A DNA stretch of 64,000 nt, from IMG/VR virus record IMGVR_UViG_3300042691_022988; one strand, written 5' to 3'. Position 1 is the first letter of the stretch. Every line of letters starts with the position of its first letter. Shown here piece after piece: positions 1-10,351 of this stretch. The DNA is from an uncultured virus (IMG/VR IMGVR_UViG_3300042691_022988). Taxonomy: Duplodnaviria; Heunggongvirae; Uroviricota; Caudoviricetes. The position numbers were made by a program, and so were the translations under genes. The notes beneath the pieces were generated by a model, which did no database searches, was not told the DNA's origin, and was given only the letters and a program-made list of their open reading frames with translations.

Positions 1-114
1 TCACGACCATCGAGTACGGATCAAATACCCATATGCTATACAACCACAATAACTGGGCAGGAAGCAACAAAAGTATGCGACCTGTGGCACAGCAGATAAA
101 TAAAACCGGAGGCG

Positions 115-438
115 ATGCGAAATACATCAACTTGCCGCACAAGGATATACCAAAACAATTCTTTAATACATACTTTTATGAGTAAGATAGAATGCCGCAT
201 CATCAAGACCACGCTGCCCAATGGCCGTGAGTTCTACACCATCGAACAGAAGAAAAAACGTTTCTTTGGCGGTTACAAGTGGAAGGAGGTCAACCCTTGG
301 GGTTCATGGCATCGCAACACTTACGACACCCTAGAGGATGCCCAAAAAGACCTTTGTTGGTACAACGGGACACGCACAAAGACAGAAGTCGTAAATACGC
401 CACCTAAAATCATTTACAACTATGAAAGCAATACTTGA
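115..438 (+). CDS. hypothetical phage protein (likely start at 178)
   Basis: ORF in a co-oriented run; overlaps the next gene. Confidence 0.55.
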   Translation: MRNTSTCRTRIYQNNSLIHTFMSKIECRIIKTTLPNGREFYTIEQKKKRFFGGYKWKEVNPWGSWHRNTYDTLEDAQKDLCWYNGTRTKTEVVNTPPKIIYNYESNT

Positions 439-637
439 ATTCAACCTACCCGATGATCAAATCGAGTATGACCTGTGCAACAAGGCTCAGGATATGTCAC
501 ACGCACTCAGTGATGTGAAGGAATACCTCCGGCGGAAAGTTAAGTACGAGGAGATGCCAGCCGACAAGTGGGAGCTGTGCGATGAGATATACCAAGAGTT
601 TTACAGACTATTAGAACAAAACAACATAAAACTATGA
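422..637 (+). CDS. conserved small phage protein (MKAILEFNLP type)
   Basis: ORF with an N-terminus typical of aquatic phage hypotheticals; ATGA coupling to the next gene. Confidence 0.7.
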   Translation: MKAILEFNLPDDQIEYDLCNKAQDMSHALSDVKEYLRRKVKYEEMPADKWELCDEIYQEFYRLLEQNNIKL

Positions 638-912
638 TAAACATATCTAACAAACCATCCAAGCAAGTAGAGTACTTTGCCGGAAGTATTACCATGTCTT
701 TCCCTGACGTTAAAAATAAGGAATGGACATTCACAGTCTTGCGTACAACGAACGGAGTCACTACCTTTGACGTAGAAATTGATGAAACACAATTCTATGA
801 ACACTTTGAGGGATGCTTGGAAGCGCAGGGATTTGCGATCGGAACTATCAAAGAGACCATCAAGGCGAACTTGGCTAAAGAACAGGCAGTGTGGAAACCT
901 GCCGAAAAATGA
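634..912 (+). CDS. hypothetical protein
   Basis: translationally coupled ORF. Confidence 0.6.
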   Translation: MINISNKPSKQVEYFAGSITMSFPDVKNKEWTFTVLRTTNGVTTFDVEIDETQFYEHFEGCLEAQGFAIGTIKETIKANLAKEQAVWKPAEK

Positions 913-920
913 GATAGCGT

Positions 921-1460
921 ATGAAGGCGAGGAATAAGAAGTGCCGGATCTGTAGGCAGGAGTTTATCCCCAAATACAGTACAATGCAGGCAACGTGCGA
1001 GAACATTGAATGTATGCTCGCTTATTCCTCCAAGCAGAAGGACAAGAAGATTAAACGAGACCTCAAGGTCATGAAGGAACGGAACAAGTCCGTTTCCCAA
1101 TGGCGCAGGGAACTCCAGCAAGTCTTCAACCAATACATCAGGCTTCGAGACCAAGGGAAGGGATGCATATCCTGCGGGAAGAAGCTACAAGGGAAGTACG
1201 ATGCCGGTCACTATTTCAGTGTCGGCTCGTACCCTAACCTCCGGTTCCATGAGGACAATGTACACGGCCAGTGTGTAGAATGCAACCAGCACAAGCACGG
1301 CAACCTGATCGAGTACGGAATTCGGATTGAGAGAAGGATTGGAAAGGGAAGTTTGGAAGAACTACACGCCCAAAGAAACGAACGGCTTAGCCTACCACTT
1401 GACCAGATAAAGGAAAAGATATATTACTACAAAGATAAAATAAAAGAAATAAAAAAATGA
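921..1460 (+). CDS. ninG: NinG/Rap-family recombination endonuclease (HNH-like)
   Basis: N-terminal CxxC; FNQYIRLRD, CISCG, DAGHY, LRFHEDNVHGQCVECN motifs. Confidence 0.9.
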   Translation: MKARNKKCRICRQEFIPKYSTMQATCENIECMLAYSSKQKDKKIKRDLKVMKERNKSVSQWRRELQQVFNQYIRLRDQGKGCISCGKKLQGKYDAGHYFSVGSYPNLRFHEDNVHGQCVECNQHKHGNLIEYGIRIERRIGKGSLEELHAQRNERLSLPLDQIKEKIYYYKDKIKEIKK

Positions 1461-1494
1461 TTGATCCACCCACCTGGGAAGACCTAGGCTACGC

Positions 1495-1502
1495 TAATTT
1501 TG
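1495..1502 (+). promoter_or_regulatory. Bacteroidota -7 promoter element TAATTTTG
   Basis: matches TAnnTTTG; ATG at 1509. Confidence 0.5.
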
Positions 1503-1508
1503 AATAAC

Positions 1509-1907
1509 ATGGATAAGACCAAAAATATATATACCTTAATCATCCTTGCACTCTGTGTTGTGATCCTGTTCGGAGTATTCTTTATGGTATTCCGGATGGG
1601 TATCCTTCACACCAGTTCAGAGAACGAGGCAATAGCTATTCAGCGACTGAATGAAATAAATCAGAAATATGTAGCGCAAATGGATTCAAACTTGCTTGTG
1701 GTTACAGCAACTAAGGCTGCCCTTGACTCGTTTATGATCCAAGACCAGCAGCAATTCCTGCTTGAACAGGAACAAATAGAAAGAAGTCAAAGAATTGTTT
1801 CACGAATACCCCATTTACCCGATGACTCGCTCAAAACTCTTTACGTTAGCTCTTGGAATTATATTCTCAACGAGTATCGTAACGGGCGTTTACGCCCAGC
1901 CAAATAG
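1509..1907 (+). CDS. N-terminally anchored coiled-coil membrane protein (possible spanin-like)
   Basis: one N-terminal TM helix then a helical region; overlaps the next ORF. Confidence 0.5.
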   Translation: MDKTKNIYTLIILALCVVILFGVFFMVFRMGILHTSSENEAIAIQRLNEINQKYVAQMDSNLLVVTATKAALDSFMIQDQQQFLLEQEQIERSQRIVSRIPHLPDDSLKTLYVSSWNYILNEYRNGRLRPAK

Positions 1908-2238
1908 CACTCCACAGCTTCCTAGAGAGGCTCAGGAGGTCATATCTGCTGCTGCCGAGACTATCCGTCAGGACAAGATGACGATCGAGTCTCGTTCGCA
2001 ACGTATTCAAATGATGAGAGATCAGATTGAAGCTGCACAAATTGCGCTTGACCTTGCTATACAGAACGGAAACTTATGTGAAGAGGTTCGATTAAATCAG
2101 TTGTCAGAGATTCGCTTCCTGAAAGATCAATACACCGGCATGAAAGCCGAGATGAAAAAGGAGCGCAGAAGAAAGATATTTTGGAAATGTACAACGATCA
2201 CCCTGTCTGGTGTGTCGTTGTATTTGTTGTTGTTATAG
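1822..2238 (+). CDS. signal-peptide coiled-coil protein with C-terminal hydrophobic tail (possible spanin partner)
   Basis: MTRSKLFTLALGIIF...VYA signal-like start; basic patch then hydrophobic C-terminus. Confidence 0.5.
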   Translation: MTRSKLFTLALGIIFSTSIVTGVYAQPNSTPQLPREAQEVISAAAETIRQDKMTIESRSQRIQMMRDQIEAAQIALDLAIQNGNLCEEVRLNQLSEIRFLKDQYTGMKAEMKKERRRKIFWKCTTITLSGVSLYLLLL

Positions 2239-2258
2239 TTGTTATAGTTGTTTATTGT

Positions 2259-2293
2259 AAAAAAAAAGGGAGGCCATCGCGGTCTCCCTTTTT
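2259..2293. terminator. bidirectional intrinsic terminator
   Basis: A9-GGGAGGCC-ATCGC-GGTCTCCC-T5 between convergent genes. Confidence 0.8.
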
Positions 2294-2310
2294 GATTTAA
2301 AATCAGTCTA

Positions 2311-4356
2311 CTATCGAGTTACGAGGATGCTTGCCTCGTTATTAGCCGGATTACTATCTGGCAAACCGTTTAGCTCGGTCACGCGCATTCTCCATGTGTT
2401 TGGAAGTTGACCCTGCAAGTTGCTTGACCAAACGGTTCCACCTGTTACCGAACGACCCGGAAGGATTGTCTCTGTGCGATTCCATGTGGTCTGCCATTGA
2501 CCATCAAACCCTACAACAGCTTTCCATGAAGTCACTGTAGCAGTTCCCTTGTTGGTTACTTTGTAACGAACACGAACACGACTTGCATCAAGCCATTCAT
2601 ACCCCGTAACCTCAGCCTGAACATCTAGGTTCTGGCTTGGAGGTGTTGGCGCAAACACAGTAACAGCAGTCTGAGCAATGTTGTCATTCTCATTTGACTC
2701 ATCAACCAAGTTCTTAGGATCAATAGTTAAAATAAATTGACATACTCCGCTAATGTTATTCGGAACGGTATAAGGTATGGTAGCGGTAAATGAAGTCTGA
2801 CCCTTTGGTACAGTAACGTTTCCGCTGTAGAAGTTAAGCACTCCACCATTAGGATTCTTAAAAGTAATCACGACAGGAACAAGCAAGTCACCGGGCAACT
2901 CTTTATCAACAAGTACTGAGTAAGACACATTTGTAGTAGCCCCAGCCTCAACTCTTGCGGCAGAGCTAATAACCCCATACGCATTAAATACAATCTGTGG
3001 GGGAGGTGGAGTAGCACCTCCAGCCAAAGAAACCGCTACGCTTGCATCTACGATACCAAATCCAAGCTCAGCTGACTTCCCACTGGCGTCGTATGTGTAA
3101 CCACCAACCTTACGGCAAGAGTTCTTTAGAATATCACGAACTTGTGCCTCTGTAAGGTCTGGATTCTTTACAAGGACAAGACCTGCGACAGCTGCCATAG
3201 CAGGACATGAGGCAGATGTTCCGCTAAATCCACGATATGAATCAGATCCGTACCCAGCAGCTCCTGTGCGGTCTACAGTCAAAAGGGCCGTTCCAGGCGC
3301 AGCAGCAAAAAGTTTTGGACCGTAATTACTAAACGCTGCGCGAGTATCATTCTGAGTGCTTGCCCCTACAGCCATTACCGATGGGTAAGATGCTGGGAGT
3401 TGAACAAAATCAGACTGGTAGCTATTACCGGAAGAAGCAAAGAGTGGAATACCCTTACCATTACGGGCTGTTGTACGAGCAGCAGTCAAAGCGTTGCTGA
3501 ACATTGGATATCCTGATCCAAGACTACCCCATGACATAGACATTGCTACGCAATTGGGATTTTCTACGGCTTTATTTACCGCACGAGTGATAATGGTGTC
3601 AGACGTTTGAAAGCTGCCACCAGAGTTACTATTGTACCCGATGTGAAGGAACTGAACTTTTAGGTGGTTGTTACCTATTGCTTTAACTCCAATTCCATTA
3701 CCGGTGTTAGCGGCAATAACTCCAGAGCAAGCGGTTCCGTGCTTTTCGTATTCCGATATTGGATTTACGTCAGCGGTATCCATAACACAGTTCCAACTAG
3801 CAGAGCTAATCATTCCTGCCAAGTCTTCGTGATTGGTTTCGCAAGCAATATCCAAAACAGCAACCTCTCCAACGAAATCTGTACTGATCTGCGCCCAAGC
3901 CTCTTGGCATTTCATGTTTGGAAGATGCCAGTGAGCAGAGTACTCATACTCCGCGTGAGCAGTCATAGGCACGATGTAGTCAGGCTCTACGCTGATAAAG
4001 TGACCAGTAGACATAAGACTATCGTAGAATGCTTCAAACGTAACAAAGTCTGGCGCTTCCACAAAGAAAGTCTTGGAGAAACTAAATGAATCCTTTACAG
4101 CAATTCCGCTAGAAGCGAAATAACTTTTTGCCTGCTCAAAATCTTTAGCAATAACAATAGCAAGACCCGTGTCAATGTAGTCAAGCGATTCGTCCACACT
4201 GTTGGATTGAGACACCTTGGCAGGATCCGGAGTTACTGGTTGTTCGTCACGGAAGATAATGATGCCAAAAGGCTCATGCACCGCAACCACGTTTGGTTTG
4301 TTTTTGTTCTTTTCGAAGGATGCTCTGTCCTTGAATTTTACTGAATTTAAACTCAT
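2311..4356 (-). CDS. S8 subtilisin-like serine protease with C-terminal CARDB/Ig-like domains
   Basis: triad motifs VAVLD, HGTACSG, GTSASCP; ASSGN oxyanion Asn; IDPKNLVDESNENDN and DSNPANN CARDB-like ends. Confidence 0.9.
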   Translation of the reverse strand: MSLNSVKFKDRASFEKNKNKPNVVAVHEPFGIIIFRDEQPVTPDPAKVSQSNSVDESLDYIDTGLAIVIAKDFEQAKSYFASSGIAVKDSFSFSKTFFVEAPDFVTFEAFYDSLMSTGHFISVEPDYIVPMTAHAEYEYSAHWHLPNMKCQEAWAQISTDFVGEVAVLDIACETNHEDLAGMISSASWNCVMDTADVNPISEYEKHGTACSGVIAANTGNGIGVKAIGNNHLKVQFLHIGYNSNSGGSFQTSDTIITRAVNKAVENPNCVAMSMSWGSLGSGYPMFSNALTAARTTARNGKGIPLFASSGNSYQSDFVQLPASYPSVMAVGASTQNDTRAAFSNYGPKLFAAAPGTALLTVDRTGAAGYGSDSYRGFSGTSASCPAMAAVAGLVLVKNPDLTEAQVRDILKNSCRKVGGYTYDASGKSAELGFGIVDASVAVSLAGGATPPPPQIVFNAYGVISSAARVEAGATTNVSYSVLVDKELPGDLLVPVVITFKNPNGGVLNFYSGNVTVPKGQTSFTATIPYTVPNNISGVCQFILTIDPKNLVDESNENDNIAQTAVTVFAPTPPSQNLDVQAEVTGYEWLDASRVRVRYKVTNKGTATVTSWKAVVGFDGQWQTTWNRTETILPGRSVTGGTVWSSNLQGQLPNTWRMRVTELNGLPDSNPANNEASILVTR

Positions 4357-4372
4357 TATTTTATTTTTATGT

Positions 4373-4963
4373 TTACTTTCTAAAGCGGGTTGACCGCTTC
4401 CATCTGGTTATGTGTACGCTTTTAGACAAGGGACGTATCTTAATGTAAACACCATCTCGTGACCGGCTGTCACGCATCCCCTGTTCGTTTGTATTGCCTT
4501 CAATTGTTCTAATCGAATACTCGCCGACACGATCAACAATTCCAGTATGCCCTATACCCTTGTATCTTGCAGTATTCTTAAACTTAGCATACGACATAGT
4601 CATTACAAGAACGTCGCCATCCCTAAATGACTGCCAAAATCTGCCATCTGAGTATATCACATCTTGCTTGTTGTAGGCAGTTGGAGACCAACCAGAAACC
4701 TTATTCTCAATTCCACACTCATCCAACATGGCGCGAACAAAGAAACTGCACCAAGCATAGCCAGGCTTCCATCCTACCGCAGCCATCATCTTTTGTAAGT
4801 CTTTATCAGTAAACCCTTTATTGTTCCCTCCATATTCTTTTACTCCTACATAGGAGGCAGCTGTGGCGCGGACGCAGTAACCGTCATTATCAGCCACAAT
4901 ATGAACAGGAAGAGCAAGAAAAGCCCAAAGTAAACACAGAGATATAATACTATTCTTTGCCAT
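4373..4963 (-). CDS. CHAP-type endolysin with N-terminal hydrophobic signal
   Basis: YAWCSFFV (Cys), GHTGIV (His), TIEGNT motifs. Confidence 0.8.
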   Translation of the reverse strand: MAKNSIISLCLLWAFLALPVHIVADNDGYCVRATAASYVGVKEYGGNNKGFTDKDLQKMMAAVGWKPGYAWCSFFVRAMLDECGIENKVSGWSPTAYNKQDVIYSDGRFWQSFRDGDVLVMTMSYAKFKNTARYKGIGHTGIVDRVGEYSIRTIEGNTNEQGMRDSRSRDGVYIKIRPLSKSVHITRWKRSTRFRK

Positions 4964-5238
4964 GGTGTTGATGAATATTCAACTTCTGCCTTTGCTTCCT
5001 TAGAGTAGAAGTATTTCTGTAGCCCACGAAAGTTCATGAACGCTCCGAGAAACACTACAAAGTTACCAATAATCATGATAAGTACAGCAAGAATTACCTG
5101 CTGTATATACTCTATAGAAATCAATCCGTCGCCAAAATACTCATAACTGTATGTGCCGGCAAGCAGGAATAAAAAGAAGGCAAGTGGAATAGTCCAGATG
5201 CCGTCGAAGAGTTGAAGTTTGCGAATAATCTTTTTCAT
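4846..5238 (-). CDS. three-TM membrane protein, candidate holin
   Basis: three hydrophobic segments; overlaps the endolysin start. Confidence 0.55.
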   Translation of the reverse strand: MKKIIRKLQLFDGIWTIPLAFFLFLLAGTYSYEYFGDGLISIEYIQQVILAVLIMIIGNFVVFLGAFMNFRGLQKYFYSKEAKAEVEYSSTPWQRIVLYLCVYFGLFLLFLFILWLIMTVTASAPQLPPM

Positions 5239-5474
5239 ATGTTTATGTTCCATGGTGCAATAGATATAATTGCGTCTGTGATTACTGAGTCATCTGCGCC
5301 CCAAGATTGAACCGTAGCGTCATCAATTATACACTGACCATCTTTTAACACAAGGTCATCAGCGGTTGTTAATTGATAGTACGCCACGTTGTCGGGGTAC
5401 GTCATTGACCACTTTAACTTTGTAAGAGTAGTGTTGAAGTAAGTCAACGGACTTGGAAGAGTTGCTGTTATCAT
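5235..5474 (-). CDS. small tail-fibre-associated protein
   Basis: directly follows the fibre gene; WGADDS motif common in Bacteroidota phage fibre-adjacent proteins. Confidence 0.55.
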   Translation of the reverse strand: MITATLPSPLTYFNTTLTKLKWSMTYPDNVAYYQLTTADDLVLKDGQCIIDDATVQSWGADDSVITDAIISIAPWNINI

Positions 5475-5476
5475 GA

Positions 5477-8400
5477 TTATGAAGTAAAATATGTTCCGCT
5501 GTAGTCATAAAACCTAGCATTTGTTATTGCTGCTGCGGGGTTAAAATAAAATCTAAATGTAGGAGTAGCCGCAACATTTACCTGCAAGCCACCATAAAAA
5601 GTAGCTTGCGCTGCGGTAGTGTCCCTTTGTGTAATTACTGACATAAAGTTTCTTACTAGCCAATAACCATTGACGCTAACACCAGATGGTACTACGGGAT
5701 TTGGCATATCAGCAGGTAAATCCCAGGTTATGAAACCTGAATTAGCTACCCATGTTATTGGGGTAGCGCTAGTATAAAAATAAAACATATAGTTAACCAT
5801 ATTACCAACTCTTGTCCAGTTGTAGTAATAGGTTCCGGCTCCTAATGTTAAGTTACCACCACCTTGATTATAGGTTATAGTCCCAGTAAATGTTTGATTG
5901 CCGGGATATCTAAACGTGTGATCAGTAGCGGTTGCTGTTACCCCTGTATTATTAGCCTTCACTGTGTATGATGGGTAACTAGAGTCTTGAGGAGTATACC
6001 CTAAAATGGTTGGGATACTCTTAGCCTTCCATAGATCAGGGGTTGTACTCGTGTCAAACACAAGAACATCGTTGTTAACCGGAGGGGTTGTTACAAGGTC
6101 CACGTCATGAATTTCATCCAACTCATATCCGTTCTGACAGCGGACATATATCTGCCCGTTACCAGCATTAGCCTTCTCTACTATACCAACATAAACCCTG
6201 TGAACAGGTGCGTAAGTTGGTGTCGAAACGTAACCGCCTGGAACTGATCCACTCAAGTACAGGGTGTCTCCCGCTGTAAATGCAGCTGTATTAATACCCT
6301 CGATAACGCCTTGGATAATAATGTAACCCTCCCCGCCTATTCCGATGCTTGAGTCGTACACCAGACCAATTGTCTTAGCGGATGTAGCGTCCGCGTCAGC
6401 CATAGCTAACTTGACACTCATCTTGTCACCGCTTGCGCCAAACGCGTAAACAGCTTGACCCTTTGTAATTACTGCTCCCTCAGCGTTGTGAACGTATGCG
6501 AGAAGTTGGTTGGTCACTAGACCGATAGCTTGGAACGCAGCACCGTCAAAGACTATTGTAATCTCTTGTCCCGCCTTGATGTCGCCACTAGCTATCTTGA
6601 CATCTGTGTTTTTAAAGATGTCGTAAGCAGGAAGCGTATTTATTTTTAGCGTTGAACCATTCTGGTTTACGCTATCGAACTTAATCATAAACGTGTCGCC
6701 AGCAGCTAACGACGTAACTCCTGTAATAGTCGTTTCGTACTCGCCAGGTAACACTTGGGTTGCGTCACCCGAATTTAGACCGCCGCCGCCAGCATTTTGA
6801 AACTCTACCTCTCCAGTAACAAGGTCTTGTAATGTCAAAACTTGTCCGACAATAGCGGTTCCCCCTGATACATTTGGTGTTCTAACATTTAACTTTGAAT
6901 CAGTTACTGTAAATGAAGTAAGGGGACCTGAAATTCCGCTAATATTTCCCGCCTCCAAGGCAAAATTGTGCGTGGTTGCTGTTACAGTATTAACGGAGGA
7001 AACGGTAAGAACCTGTGGCCCCGCTTGGTATCTAACGTAACTACCAAAGTTAGGACTTAGCGGATTATTGTCTTCAGCGTTTAATGTTATTCTATTATTT
7101 GCGTTAACAGTAAACCTCAACATTTCATCAAATGTCATCTGCCACTGGTTAGTGTCGCCGCTAACAATAGTATTTTGAATTAAATCTCCGCCTAACTGAA
7201 AGTTATTTGCCGGATTCTCAGTAAGACCGTTGTTGACTGTGTAGCTGGGACCACTGCCGCCCGGATCAATCTCTACTACATTTCCACTCGCGTCTACACC
7301 CAATGCCCATACAGGTGAGGGGTCATAAAACTGCGCTGGTACTTGACCGTATTGATAAAAAGAAACAAGTCCAATACCATTAAAGCCTGCATTTAGCACT
7401 TGACCACCAAAAGTGTCATCATAGCCATAAATATATAAACTAGAATTTCTACCAACTGGCCCTGGGCTAGTCCATTCTGAAACAATACTTGAGGTTGGTT
7501 GTGTTGGTGGAGGAGCGAGAACGGTTGTCCTAGCCTCAATCCAAAAATCTATACTACCAGCTATTCCACCAAAGGGCTGTATAGCAGTTGTATTTCTTGT
7601 GAGTTTTAATAGGCCAACGTTTCCTGATGAACTAGCATCATTTCTTAAAAACTGAGCAACATAGTCATTTTGAGACAAGCCTTCGTAAGCAGACCCGTTT
7701 CCATCTCCTGTAGCTGGGTTTCCGTTTATTGAAGCCCTAACAGCCCATCCATTTGAAGAAGTTGCCTGTATAGCCGTACCACTATCTGGATTAGAACTAG
7801 TATGACGAACATTTAATCCAATCGTAGAGTTTCCTATTTGATCGATAACAAAAGGAAATCCATCATTCGTTATATATGTATCCCTGACCAACAACCCTGT
7901 TCCTACCAACGGTCCTCCAAGTTGGAAGTTGTCAGCCGGGTTTTCAATTAATCCGTTGTCTACGGTGTAGGTTGTGCCAACTCCTGCATCTGCTACGAAA
8001 ACCCGTCCAGTATTATCGACATTCAAGACACCAACAGAAGGCCCAGAAACAGCATCAAACGCAGTTGAGTTATTGTACTCTAGCATTTGCAACTGGCCTG
8101 ATGCCAAAAAACTAAATCTGTTGCTTGCCTGTGAGCTTATATTAAAACTGTAAGCATCAACGTCAATGTATCTGTCCGTTAAAAATGGAATAGTACCAAA
8201 GGCTCCAATTGGACTATCCATTCCAAGTTCAAACGTGTCGTTTGCTAGGAATGTATTTTTGTATACACCCTCAGCGGAGTCATAGGTCGGTCCTCCGCCA
8301 GTAGCATTCAAGGTATTCCCCACGAGCGAAAGATTTGTCCCAAGCTCAATCTCCTGGAAAACTCCTAAGCCTGCATCGTAACGACCAACAAGGAAACCGC

Positions 8401-10351
8401 TGTTCATTTGAGAGGTAACAACTCCAGACGTAGTGAATGGGTTGGTAGCGGTTGTGGTCAAAAGACCCGTTGCCCCGACAGAGGTAACGGTTCCGCCGCC
8501 CGTAGCCAACTTCTTCCAAACTCTGCCCGTGTTATCTGTGGCTAAAACGTAGCTAAGTGAATTGTCTATGTTTGTAGTACCGTCGCTAAATACAGCCGGG
8601 CCATACTCATCCAAAATCAATTGACCTGGACCTGTTACCTGCAACTTGGTCTGACGCGAACCCTGATCGTAAAGCTGTAACTCAAACAATGACTGCTCGT
8701 CTCCGAGAGTCATGTCTGTCATCTCGGTAGTCAAACGACCTGCGATGAAGTAAGCCGGAGTCGGATCGTCCTCTCTGAACTGGTAGTCAATCGACATCCT
8801 TGCACCAACCGCTTGGGTTCCGTCGTATCTCAAACGAAGAAGCGTAGTACGGTCAGTAAACACCGGATTAGGGTTAGGTAAATCACCCTGCATGGACAAG
8901 GTCAATATCGGATTGAACAAGTCATTATCCGTAATCATCTGTACCGACGGGTTTGGCCTTGAACCAGAACCAAAATCAGAAAAAACAGCCACGCCACCAT
9001 TACCTAAATTGGTAACAGATAAAGGACGCCTGGTGTTTTGATTAGCTGTTCCGGCTACGCCTAATACATACTCAGTACCTCCATTAGTAGCTGTAATAAC
9101 CGTGTCTTCAACCAATAATCCGCCGAGGTGAAATAAATACGGATCCGGCGGAGCCTCTCCAGGAACCCCACCAAAAGCGTGAAGACCGTTCTCAACTGTG
9201 TATATTGGAAACGTTTGCAGATTACCCGTTCCATCGATGTATTCTAACACTGTACCTGCTCCTGTTACTGTAAAGCTACCATTGCTCGTAAGAGGATTTG
9301 GTGTGCTAACTGTAAACGCAGGAGGCATGAAGAGTCCTATAGAACTTATAGTTCCCGTGCCTGCCTCAACATACTCTACGTGTCCCGACGCATCAAGTGC
9401 CAATACCCACCCCGTGCTTGCAGATCCATAGTTGGGGGTGATTATATCAATATATGAACTGTTAACAGTTATAGACTGAGATCCGGCAATCAAAGAAGAT
9501 CCATTTATATCTGTTTCAATGGATCCTCCAGGAGAATTTATTACAAACGAATTGTTGTTATCGAAAATAAAATCAAAATTACCGCCATCAACAGTGTTGT
9601 CTTGTGTAAGGGTAGAACCAACGATCAATGTGTCTTGCCAATCTTGAACGAGAGAACCACCAACGCTTGTCACGTCTATACAAAGCTCTGTACCCTCCGG
9701 GAAAATATCCGTGCCAGCAAGAAGAGTTACATCAAATTGTGCATAAGTTCCTCCATCAAAATAATTCGACAATTGAAATACTCCATATACTGTTGGATCG
9801 GTTTTGCTAAATATAAAAAACCACGATCCATCCTGGATAATAGGCCAAAAACCTGTAAAGTCTTGGTTGTTAGCTGTAAAATAATTTATTCTTGCACTTC
9901 CAGAACCAATCAAAATAGTCCCCGGATCCCCACCGTTTCCAGAAACATACTGAATAGAACACTCTGGTTCCGTATTGCCACACTCGCAACACCCTTTAAA
10001 AATAGCAGTAACTAACAGTCGATAAATCTCTTGAGTTTTAGCAGCTACTACATCAGATGTATCAAGAGTAGTTAATGGAACAAATGTATTTCCACCAACA
10101 TCAGTTATGCTATAAACTGTAAATGTAAATGACTCTCCGGCTACTTGAGAAATTGTAATGGTGTCATAGCGATATGAAATGTAAGCAGGATTCTGCTCCA
10201 TAATTTGACTCATCCCGCGCACCCATTGGTACGGTGGAGCCGAGCCATACAAGAACGATACGGTATCGTTACCCTCTACTTGTATTCGAGTAATTTCGGG
10301 TACACTAACCGGAGTTGTCGCCCTGTTGTTCACTATTTGTCTTGTAGCCAT
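5477..10351 (-). CDS. long tail fibre/spike protein
   Basis: 1624 aa, G/T/N-rich, repeated YTVxNGL..F.LGG modules; end of structural operon. Confidence 0.75.
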   Translation of the reverse strand: MATRQIVNNRATTPVSVPEITRIQVEGNDTVSFLYGSAPPYQWVRGMSQIMEQNPAYISYRYDTITISQVAGESFTFTVYSITDVGGNTFVPLTTLDTSDVVAAKTQEIYRLLVTAIFKGCCECGNTEPECSIQYVSGNGGDPGTILIGSGSARINYFTANNQDFTGFWPIIQDGSWFFIFSKTDPTVYGVFQLSNYFDGGTYAQFDVTLLAGTDIFPEGTELCIDVTSVGGSLVQDWQDTLIVGSTLTQDNTVDGGNFDFIFDNNNSFVINSPGGSIETDINGSSLIAGSQSITVNSSYIDIITPNYGSASTGWVLALDASGHVEYVEAGTGTISSIGLFMPPAFTVSTPNPLTSNGSFTVTGAGTVLEYIDGTGNLQTFPIYTVENGLHAFGGVPGEAPPDPYLFHLGGLLVEDTVITATNGGTEYVLGVAGTANQNTRRPLSVTNLGNGGVAVFSDFGSGSRPNPSVQMITDNDLFNPILTLSMQGDLPNPNPVFTDRTTLLRLRYDGTQAVGARMSIDYQFREDDPTPAYFIAGRLTTEMTDMTLGDEQSLFELQLYDQGSRQTKLQVTGPGQLILDEYGPAVFSDGTTNIDNSLSYVLATDNTGRVWKKLATGGGTVTSVGATGLLTTTATNPFTTSGVVTSQMNSGFLVGRYDAGLGVFQEIELGTNLSLVGNTLNATGGGPTYDSAEGVYKNTFLANDTFELGMDSPIGAFGTIPFLTDRYIDVDAYSFNISSQASNRFSFLASGQLQMLEYNNSTAFDAVSGPSVGVLNVDNTGRVFVADAGVGTTYTVDNGLIENPADNFQLGGPLVGTGLLVRDTYITNDGFPFVIDQIGNSTIGLNVRHTSSNPDSGTAIQATSSNGWAVRASINGNPATGDGNGSAYEGLSQNDYVAQFLRNDASSSGNVGLLKLTRNTTAIQPFGGIAGSIDFWIEARTTVLAPPPTQPTSSIVSEWTSPGPVGRNSSLYIYGYDDTFGGQVLNAGFNGIGLVSFYQYGQVPAQFYDPSPVWALGVDASGNVVEIDPGGSGPSYTVNNGLTENPANNFQLGGDLIQNTIVSGDTNQWQMTFDEMLRFTVNANNRITLNAEDNNPLSPNFGSYVRYQAGPQVLTVSSVNTVTATTHNFALEAGNISGISGPLTSFTVTDSKLNVRTPNVSGGTAIVGQVLTLQDLVTGEVEFQNAGGGGLNSGDATQVLPGEYETTITGVTSLAAGDTFMIKFDSVNQNGSTLKINTLPAYDIFKNTDVKIASGDIKAGQEITIVFDGAAFQAIGLVTNQLLAYVHNAEGAVITKGQAVYAFGASGDKMSVKLAMADADATSAKTIGLVYDSSIGIGGEGYIIIQGVIEGINTAAFTAGDTLYLSGSVPGGYVSTPTYAPVHRVYVGIVEKANAGNGQIYVRCQNGYELDEIHDVDLVTTPPVNNDVLVFDTSTTPDLWKAKSIPTILGYTPQDSSYPSYTVKANNTGVTATATDHTFRYPGNQTFTGTITYNQGGGNLTLGAGTYYYNWTRVGNMVNYMFYFYTSATPITWVANSGFITWDLPADMPNPVVPSGVSVNGYWLVRNFMSVITQRDTTAAQATFYGGLQVNVAATPTFRFYFNPAAAITNARFYDYSGTYFTS

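Noticed and set aside
1457..1507. 16-aa ORF MIDPPTWEDLGYANFE coupled to ninG
   Set aside because: Too short to support without conservation data, and it overlaps a promoter element.
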